The notes under the pieces are model-generated. The model saw only the letters and a program-made list of their open reading frames with translations, searched no databases and was not told the DNA's origin. Positions 53,781 through 64,000 of a stretch of DNA of 64,000 nt are shown here, piece after piece. The stretch is from NCBI GenBank assembly GCA_964016885.1, contig OZ024742.1, forward strand, positions 134,850,001 through 134,914,000, given 5' to 3'. Origin of the DNA: Eledone cirrhosa (taxonomy: Eukaryota). The position numbers were made by a program, and so were the translations under genes. Within the stretch, counting starts at the first letter, position 1. Each line of letters begins with the position of its first letter.

Positions 53781-55833
53781 AACAAACGTAGTTAATTAGC
53801 GGTCAATTCATGTCTAGGGCCAAATCAATGCTGGGTAAATGTGTATATAAATTTACACATTTTCATTATATAACCATGAAAACATGCCAAATATAGGTAT
53901 GCCCATGTACATTAAACAAATGACAAAACACCTTTAACTGCTGTACATGTATAGTTCAGCTTACATCAGAAAGCTTTTATATCATCTAAAAAATATACAT
54001 ATAATACAATGTTGAAATTATGCGTTAAAATGAATCCCCCGTAGAATTGATTTAAAACAATGAATATAATCATCGCGTTTTATGCATTAAGTTCAATGGT
54101 TTGGAAATAGTGATGAGAAATCGGTTCCATATCAGTTCTTAGATCAAACATTCCAATTGTTTTAAACTACCTTTGACATTGAATCCGAAGCTGGTTTTTA
54201 TTGCAAGTCACTTTGTTAATCTCGGGTATAATATGTAGCATAGATACACATATATAACCACACTCATTTATATACTCATGACCGTACACACATACCTGCA
54301 TATACATACACATTAATGTGCAGGAACGCTTCATTTACTAATTAAATAAATTTAATTGTGTATAGCGGTGATCAAATTGATGTTTCCCAGAAAATGTCAC
54401 ATAATATTTTCAATCTCTCATCATTATTTACAAATATAAAAGATTATTACCATTTACCCACACAAAATATGGCCTGATATTTTGCATCAAAATGATTCAT
54501 ATATATTATTTCCCCGCTTCATTTTTTGAAGTTTAATTTTCTATTAAATTCCGGGACAATGATCGTAAATAATCCTGATCTAAAATAGCAAGATGTTTAG
54601 CATGTGACACGGGGCTCGGTATAAACACATTTATAGATTCATTGCAGATGGCATGCGCTCATTACGTTAGGCAATATTCACAGCAAGAGTTATGTATATG
54701 ATTAATAATCATATCATATACATAAGTCATTAATTACGTACACATAATACATTAGGTTGTGTATTATTTATTGTTTAATTAATATGTCTCTAAATATGTA
54801 AGTAGAGTTTCATATATTGTTTAAAACATATAATAGCATGACGGTGGACAGACAATAACAATACGATAAGTAAGAGGAGACTTGAAACTGTAATATTATA
54901 GATGCTGGCCTCCTGTGTTTATTAACGTTTTAACCTAAAACCAAACTACACAGAAAGATTAAGATGTTTTCTAGACACATACTGAAATAGACAAAATATG
55001 AAAAATGATCAAATTAAATGGAAAGAGAGTGAGTGAGAGAAAGAGACAGAACGAGCGTATGTATCTGTGTGTACGTGTGTGGTTGTTTGTGTACAAGAAA
55101 TGAAGAAAGGCACACATGAAGAAGGAAAATATGAAGAAATGAAATGAAAAAAAAATACAAGAAGAAAGAAATGAAGTAAAGAAATAGAAAAAATGATTTT
55201 GGAGTTAGTTGGACATTGAGAACTCACCAGAAACTGATCAGTAGTTTTCGTTATTTACGGTTCCTAGATCGTACACTCATATTCTACCAAGCGAGAATGA
55301 AAGAGATCACCATATTTATAATGTTTATCCATATCCGCTGGCTAGAGAATGGATGGAGTGTATAAAAATGAAAGAAAAATATATGAACAAATATAACGAA
55401 ATACAAATAAAAGTACAATAAACAAAAGCTAACAACTATTTTAAAGTTTCTTAATAGTGAACGTTTCCTAATAAATTATTCTATATAATCAAATAAGAGA
55501 GCCAAATAAGTGTAGGGAAGAAAAGCATCTGGCATGAAATACTGACCATTACAAATCAGTGGTCATATTTTCTATACTTATGAATAGTCCAATGACCACG
55601 AGTGTCTATTTATAGCCATTTTTATTCCTATGAACGGTCGATGTCAGAGAGCAAAATATGTACTTCATCGGCTTTTGACAGAAAGTGAGACTAATAAAAA
55701 CACGGAAACTACTTATTAAAAGAACACACCAAGAAACCGGTGTTTATTGAAAAGTTAGAATTATGTACACAAACACACAATGGCAGACAGAAGGCTATCT
55801 CTCTCATACACACACACAGAAGAGAAAAACACA

Positions 55834-55924
55834 TTCTTCTTCTTCTTCTTCTTCTTCTTCTTCTTCTTCTTCTTCTTCTTCTTCTTCTTCTTCTTCTTCT
55901 TCTTCTTCTTCTTCTTCTTCTTCT
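55834..55924. repeat. (TTC)n microsatellite
   Basis: Direct reading. Confidence 0.98.
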
Positions 55925-56100
55925 TTATTTATCAAATCATCGCTGTCTCTGAACAAAACATACACTTATAAGTACTATATATAATTATGTATATGTGTAT
56001 GTATTGTATGTGAATATATATATATAAGAATACATGCATGTATGTAAGTATGAACGTATGAAGGTATGGATTTATACATCCATACACACACCCACATACT

Positions 56101-56133
<33 letters not shown>

Positions 56134-56157
56134 TATGTGTGTGTGTGTGTGTGTATA

Positions 56158-56318
56158 GAAATGGCTTCTACAGGACTAGACCTATTTTACTCAAAGGAAA
56201 TCATCAATCATTTCCTTCGAATGAAACAGTTCTAGTCATGTATTTCTATATTAATATCAATACTCTGCTATGTATTGAGTACCTTAGTTACTGTGGTTAC
56301 CCCGATTGAACCCGGGAT

Positions 56319-56320
<2 letters not shown>
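56158..56320. repeat. Fold-back copy of the 36336 hammerhead family
   Basis: TACAGGACTAGACCTATTTTACTCAAAGGAAAT / ATTTCCTTCGAATGAAACAGTTCTAGTCATGTA, then TATGTATTGAGTACCTTA..CCCGATTGAACCCGGGATAC. Confidence 0.75.
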
Positions 56321-56379
<59 letters not shown>

Positions 56380-56383
56380 CGCG

Positions 56384-56414
<31 letters not shown>

Positions 56415-58499
56415 TTATATATTTATATATAAACATACATAAAAACATACATACATACGTAAATATAAACTTATATACGTACATACATTCTCACATACGT
56501 ACATAGAACATACATGCATATATGGGTAATCCGGTCAGTAACCAGTCTAGTTCACATCATAATTTCAATATTATTCCTGCCTCAGTCTTTCTATAAGTAC
56601 CTTTTCTTTCTCAGATGACTTGTTTTACCACCAAGTCTAATCTCACCCGTTTATATGATATTCCTACCAGTGCCAAAATATATCGATTTCATATTTCATA
56701 TCTATTGGGTATATTTGACTCCATTTCATGTCGTACATCCAATGGAGATATTCCCATATTTGACTAAAGTATTTAGGTTCGGTCATTTAACATTCGTTTT
56801 CAAGTATCTCCGTGGCCGACATTAGCTTTTATTTTTTCCGCGTCAATAAAATCTAGTATAAATTTGGTACTGGAGCTGTTATAGTCATTTTTTCCCTAAA
56901 CAAAAGTTATCTTGTTTTGACCTCACTTTAGAATGAATTATGCATTGAAGTATATAGTTAGAGCTTTTTGCATTTCAGTTCAAACGCCATCGAGGTCAAC
57001 TTTAAATTACCTCCTTCAGAGATGTATAGAATGAGGTATTAGTCAACGTTTGAGATCGATATAATCATTGAAGGCACCTCCGCAAAAGTGGGTTTGTGGC
57101 TGGATGTCTGATTAATCTATGATTTAGTTAGATGCCTGAAAGGCAAATCTAACCACGGTGGGATTTGAACGCAGAAGGAAATGGGCCATAACTCTATATG
57201 CAAATAATGTTCAGCCACTGGAACAAGTTTAACTACAATTTATGGTACAATTGTTTTGTAAAACCTACAGTTTGATAAATGTTAGTTTATAGTTATCTGG
57301 TTGGCTTATTGTGTATAGTGTTTGTGATTCGGAGCTGGGTTATGTGGCTCGCCTGTAGCTTATATCATGGGTTGTGCTGACGATTGTCTAGTTTGTTGGT
57401 TCATTCGATGTTTTGAAAGCTATTTATTATTATTATTTTTTTAATTAGTTGTTTGTTATGTTGGTTCTGTCGGCATTTCACTGTTCGTTAAGATAACTGG
57501 CTTGTTCGCATTGTCGACTGGCTTAGTTGTTTGGTAAGTCGAGTGCTTGGTTGGGTGTTGTTTCGTGTATTTGTGTGTAGTGGGTTTTTTTTAGTTCGTT
57601 TGATGTTTGGCTCCGTGGATATTTAACCATTTGGTTGATAACTTGACTAGCTGGCTCTTTCATTATTTGGATATTTGATGGATTGTTTGGTTGGTAGGCT
57701 GACTGGTGATTCAGTCCTTGGTTGGTTATATGAGAGAGGGTTAGTAAGGTTGGTTATTTAGTTTTGTTGTATTATATTTTTAATTGGATGGATTGAATTT
57801 TGCTTGAATAATTGGTTAATTTTATACTTAGTTGGTTACGTGGTTATTTATTTGGTGGACTTTGGATCAGTGTTTGCTTACATCACAGTTGTGTTTTAGG
57901 ATTAATGAGTTTTATAAATTGCCTTATAGCGTTACTGATACGTGAATTAATCGTCTCTGTAAGGACGAAATCTAAAGCTCTGCGGGTTTAGAAATAAAGC
58001 ATACCACAAAGCATATGGTCCAACGTTCTACCGTTACTGTCAATTCGCCGACCTAACCAATGTAAAAATGATAATTTTAATTTAGACACAAGACAAACAA
58101 TGGGGGAGGGTTTAAAATCTGTTAACCCCGAAACCAGTACTTGACTTATTTTAATTTATATAACCAGGAAGGCTGAAATGCAAAATTCAATTCAATAGGA
58201 TTTTAAACGTAATTATTTGAATTATAGAACCGAACCTAACGCCCACATCCTTTGCATTTAACCCAATATGCCACACTTATACAATAAAGATAATCATTAA
58301 TAACATAATCGCATGGATATCATCGGCAGCTATCGAAAAGGTATCTATTTGGTAACAAGCCCTGTTATAAATTTCAACTAAATGTTTCTCAAATAACACT
58401 GCTGCAACAACTAAATACTATTCACGAACAAAAGCCTAACCAAACGTAACTGGAATTATTTCATCGATGTTATACCTTATCTTGAAGGTCGTTATTTGA

Positions 58500-58840
58500 C
58501 ACAAACGCTGGAACGTGAGATAGAAGGTTTTTCAAGAGTCGTTCGGACCCCTACTCTCTAAGTTCAAATCTTGGCGAGGTCAACTTTAACTTTCATCCAT
58601 TCAAGGTCGATAAAATGTTACCAGTTAAGTACGGGGATCGTTTCTTTTTCTATATATCTTTCTGGCTTCCATTCTTTCACCTCCAATCCTTCACTGGAAG
58701 AAAACTGCTGTATTTAAACTTGGAACGGAGATGGGTTCCAGCCCTTTTTAAAATGCCCTAGAAATGCCGTATATCAATACGGCGCCCCTTCGATTCCATC
58801 AGGAGTTACGGGACCATGCATGTATACGTTATCTTAGATA
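58500..58840 (+). mobile_element. Old SINE subfamily with alternative tail (see 12198-12560)
   Basis: GTTCAAATCTTGGCGAGGTCAACTTT..GGTCGATAAAAT then the shared tail. Confidence 0.6.
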
Positions 58841-58884
58841 AGATACTACACAACAAAGCAGCAAATAAAAAACAAAATCATAAT

Positions 58885-59076
58885 AATAATTGTTTCTTCT
58901 TTTGGCACAAGGCCAGCAATTACCATGTGCATTACTGGTACTTTATTTTATCGACCCCGTAAGGATGAAAGGCAAAGTTAAGCTCGACGGGATTTGAACT
59001 AAGAATGGCAAGGGCCGTAACTCTATGCGTCAAAGCATGGCGTCCGTCCCTCTACCGATACTGACAATTCACCGCC
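58885..59076 (-). mobile_element. SINE copy
   Basis: Full head, core and tail. Confidence 0.92.
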
Positions 59077-60094
59077 TTCAAATCCTCAAAATAATAACAA
59101 CAGTTACATTAGCAGCAGCGGCAGTACCATCAGCAACAGTAGTAACAACAACAGGAATAATGGAGGAAATATGTTTGTTCCACCGTAATCAGCAGCAGCC
59201 ATATAAAAGCACTCACAATTTAGAGAACAGATTTCTTATTTATATAGACGTTGTAACAAGTATACCTTTCTTGAAAAGCAATGTAATGGTGTGACATAAG
59301 TAGAACAATTCGCAATATAATAGAATCCATATAAATGAGATAACAAAAAAGATAATTTATATAGATAAATCAATAATAAATAAATAAAAAAACTAGTTTT
59401 CCTCTTCCAGTTCACCTTCTTTCCTCCATTACTCCCTTCGCTGCTCCCGTATTTCTGCAATCGAACTCTTTGTAACCCTTCCTCACCCTCTCTATATTTC
59501 ACTTCTTTCCCTCCCACACTCTCACATTCCGTCACAGAACCTTGCAATGACAATAAAACTGATTGATTACGTGTTTCTCAGAAACTGACAGGAATTCCGT
59601 TATTGTCACTACAGCATATCTACCTTGTTCATGTAAAGGTTTTTGATGCTCTTCGTGACGACGACGATAATGAAGACAATATCAACAAAGCGATGACAAT
59701 GAAGATGATACAGAAAATGATGATGATTATCATGATGAAGACGGTAAAAAGGATGAGGTTGAGGCTGTTTATCATCATCATCACAATCATCATAATTATC
59801 ATCATCCTCATCATCATCGTCGTCGTCGTCGTCGTCGTCGTCATCATCATCATCATCATCATTATTATGATTCTGATGGTAGAGTGCATGAAGTTAATAG
59901 TCTATAATTTGATGAAGATAATCGTCGTCCTGCTGCTGATGATATTGTTGATGTTTTGATGCCGAGCTACGTCAGTGATTCAGATGGTAGGACAATCAAG
60001 GACGATGATGATGGTTATTACAAAATACGAAAGATCAAGTGACGGCACGTTGTTTGGTAAACGCTTTTATAGATACAGAGACTGTACAGCAATT

Positions 60095-60560
60095 TACTTG
60101 TTTTGTCGATTAAATGCTAAGCGATAGTAAAGAAAAAACTTGGGGAACTGGGTATGTGCTGTAGTAATGGGGAAATTAATGCAACGGACGAAGCTGTGTG
60201 ACGTTCATCATGACTAAATTGTTAATGAGTATTGTTAGGTCTCGAGGAAAACGTCTGCACAGCATATTATGGTTGACGTTCTGTCTCGTGATTATGGAGA
60301 CCTTCTAGAAATATCTGAAGGTCTCTGGACAAAGTCTACATGAAGGAAATTCCTATCAGCCGCGTCTGTTACAGTTATACATGGAGTTACGAAACAGTTA
60401 CTCACTAATTCTTTCGCTAAACGTATTTTGTCCATTTATATGTTCATGCAAAACTATGTTTTCAAAAGAAATCAAATCAATCAGGATGATGGACGTCAAA
60501 TTCCTCGTGGCTATGGCAAAATACTCTATGTGGTTGAGAATGAACTGAATAGAGAGACTT
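60095..60560 (+). mobile_element. Possible decayed Helitron Rep N-terminal fragment
   Basis: FCRLNAKR..GMCCSNGEI resembles the C..C.A.K...CC..G motif of Helitron RepHel; heavily broken. Confidence 0.25.
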
Positions 60561-62476
60561 TCGTTTTTCTGCCAGAAACTCGCCAAATTATTTTTCCACT
60601 TTAATTTGGGATGATAAAAATATATATACCTATCTAAGTATCTCTATATTCATCTCTATGTCAGTGTGTCTACCTCCATATATATTTAACTTTGTCTAAC
60701 CCTGTTTCTCTCTATGCCTCTCTTTGTATTTCTATATATCCACCTGCTTATTTATGGGACAAACTATTTACTTCTTTACATACATGTTTATGTATCTATC
60801 TGTCTACCTAAATATCTGTATAACTATGTATCTACATATATACGTGTCCACCTACCTATCGATCGATATATTTATTCATTCAACTCTCTTTCAGAATGTC
60901 TATCTACCCACTTATTTATATGCCTATCTCTATATTTGTGGCTATTTTTCTATCTATCAATATGCTTACCTGATTATATTTCTACCTACCTATTTATCCT
61001 TCTATATCTATGCACCCGTCTCCCTACATGCATATATCTATAACTATGTATCTACTAACCTCACCATCAACTTATATATATATATATTCCCAATGATCTA
61101 TATATCTTAAAGCCTGTCACTCCATCTTTCAATTCATAGTATTTTTCTTTGGACAATAACAACAATTGCAAGAAATCGCAAATACCTATAGCAGTCTATA
61201 GGGATAGATGGATAGACAAACAAGTAGATCGTATCCATTAGTCGATATATGTTTGATAATGTTCGTAATATTTGCTTTCGGTAAATATTATATGAAAGAG
61301 CGCAATGGCCAGAGTGACACGAAAAGAGGGACAAGGAAAAGTGCGGCTTTAAATACCTTTACATTACGTTACCTTCACAATACGTTAGGAAATACCTTCA
61401 CAATACGTTAAGTAAGGATTTATAAAATAAAAAAAATGTTTTCTAATAGAAACTGTGACATTTTTGACGGATACAACATTAATTATACTATGGTGTGATA
61501 TATCGAATTGCCTGTTGGGATATTTTTGCTCAGTGCAAGGATTTTTGCTCAGTGGAGGGATTTCAAATCAGAATATAGAGGGTAATAACAAAATACAGCA
61601 CTACGTTTCATCCTATTCTACTTCGAGACTGAGTACTCTTTTCTCTCAGGTGACAGTCACATAAGGATATATATATATATTGATGATCAGTTGTTGATGT
61701 GACTGAGTTACCAACCAATATAACTAATTATATTCATTCTTTGCTCGTATATTATTTCGGTAAAGAGACAAGAGTACCACCAGAAATACTCCAGCTAGAA
61801 ACGTTTTAATTAAAAGTAAATATATATAGAAAAAGGCATATGGAGCCATAATGTGAGCACTGAATCTGCTTGTTATAGCAACTAAATTTTATTTAAATAA
61901 AAACTATAATACATTTCCTTTTTCTTTTTAAGAACACTTTGGATAATTAACAAATATATGCTATTATTTGAAAGGTAAAAAAGCACCATCATTATGACTG
62001 GAAAATCTTTGATCGTAAATGTTCTCGATCAATACCGGCCTGAGGCTAAATGACAACAACAACAGAGACAAATCTAAACTGTTTATATGCAACAATGTAA
62101 AAATGTAAGAATAAACAAAAAACAATCAGACACATATTGACTGAATGAAAAAGAAAAGCTTTAATTGTAGTCCCTCCTCCCCATAACGTCATGTTCTGAA
62201 CAGCGTTCAATTAGTAACCATTTGAGTAAGAATCTTTAGGATTAAAAATATTCAGCCATGATTTGCTGCATGCTCCCTACTTATTAACCGGATTATTGCC
62301 TGAGGATAGTTCTAAAACTTCCTTTTTGTACATTTTTAATCTTTTTTTCCCTAATTTTATTTATATACATCCATAGAAGAGAATTGAGAAAATTAAGCTG
62401 TTAAACCCCAATACATAAAAAAATAAATAAAAAAAATAATAGAGGCAATTTTATCAAAATCTAAAACATCGACATC

Positions 62477-62510
<34 letters not shown>

Positions 62511-62527
62511 AGAAGAAGAAGAAGAAG

Positions 62528-62557
<30 letters not shown>
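62477..62557. repeat. (GAA)n microsatellite
   Basis: Direct reading. Confidence 0.98.
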
Positions 62558-62558
<1 letters not shown>

Positions 62559-64000
62559 TGAACAACAACAATAACAACATTAATAATAATAATAAATGAA
62601 AATAATAATAAGAGATTATACTGCGTAAGGTAGCAAGTGTGGGTGTAGAATTAAATTCCACTATATCATTTTGGTGTGTGCCACGTGAAAGGCTTCTTCC
62701 AACCGACACGTGGCAAATGTATTACAAATAGACCAGCTTAACCTGTACGATACGTCTAGTGCTTTTTTCTATAACGAACGCTATGTGTACGAAGTGACCT
62801 CACTTCCAGTATATAGTAGGATTAAAGAAATAGTAAGAAGGAAGACGAAGAATGGCTATATACTTTATTCCATGTATACAATGAGCCTGTAAGTGTACCC
62901 ATGTATGTGAGAACTCATGTATTTATAAATGCGGTCTGTTTATGCGGTTATGTAATTAATTTGTAGTATATATACAATTAAAAATCAGTTCAAGCATCAG
63001 TCTGCTTCTGGTACAATGTAGCACAATACAACCCGTTTTATGGTTGAATGGCCCGCGACTAAACGGAGTCCCCCACAGGAACCTGGTCTGGTTGAACCAA
63101 TCAACTCCCCCAAATATAGCCGTTAAAAGGACAGATCAACGACCATTCACTCTAAATATGGAATAAATAACTTCACCAACCCGCAATCTCTCAAGCATAG
63201 TGATTATGGTTACAGCTCTGACATGAGCAAAACGAATGAGAAGCCCCTGGAATGATCGAATTTGATACATGCCATTAATTTACAGCACACGTTTTCTTTC
63301 TCTACGTGAAAAATTAATTTGTTACACCATGGATTTTAAATTTTCTATGGGTAGAAATTATGTGAACGATCTAGTTTGCTTCTAGTCTATATCAGAACGT
63401 AATCAGATAAATAAAAGCCTTCTTCTTTCCGCTGAGAAATTGTTAGTTTATTGTTATTTAAAATATATACCCAATATAGCTTAGTTAAATTGGTCAGCAT
63501 AATTTGATATCAATGCATGTCTTGACAACAAAGGTTGAATAAATAATGTATTAATCCCAACATTTCTACAACTGATTAACAACATTTTCTAATAATTAAA
63601 TCTGTAAGTTATAACTTTTAAATAAACGTGATATGTATACTAAATTACATAATTTGTAGTTAAAAGAGAACCTATTTTACACACATACACACACTCATAC
63701 AAACTTTTGTATAAATATTTATATATGCATACATATGCATATATACATCATACATATATGCATACAGGAACGCATACATACTTAGTACATATATAAACAT
63801 ACTTGCACTCATACACGTTTTCCATTTGTTACATATTTTTTTGTATGTTCAATTATTTTATAACAATCGGAGTAACGCAAGTGTAGTGTTAACATATTTA
63901 CTGCTATGAGCACTACAAGACTAACTATAAATAAATAAATAAATAAACAAACAAACAAACAAATATACTACTCCGAATGAAAACTATATTAGTTATTTTC

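Noticed and set aside
60406-60544. Minus-strand exon candidate (TATTCAG...GTGAGT)
   Set aside because: No recognisable product, and it overlaps a possible Helitron relic on the plus strand

Overview
AT-rich eukaryotic, repeat-dominated DNA with no confidently identifiable host gene. The SINE family, the mollusc-type 5S copy and the very dense (TA)n microsatellites suggest an octopod/coleoid cephalopod (recognition, not a database result). Retroelements: a decayed full-length Tx1/L1-group LINE plus two partial copies; a near-intact RTE-group LINE plus two 3' stubs; a CRE-like RT/restriction-like-endonuclease element with an apparent N-terminal PHD finger; R4/Dong-like 3' ends; Penelope-like (PLE) RT and GIY-YIG fragments; about 15 SINE copies. 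DNA elements: an internally deleted mariner, a non-autonomous Helitron and a hAT MITE. Also one 5S rRNA pseudogene. The most striking unannotated signal is about 13 minimal type-I hammerhead ribozyme motifs (CTGANGA...GAAA...NTH, often with palindromic stem III), plus half-copies, from roughly eight unrelated short repeat families. They mostly sit beside (TA)n tracts and are repeatedly arranged as inverted pairs or fold-backs pivoting in the ribozyme's helix-II region. All structures were read by eye and boundaries are approximate.
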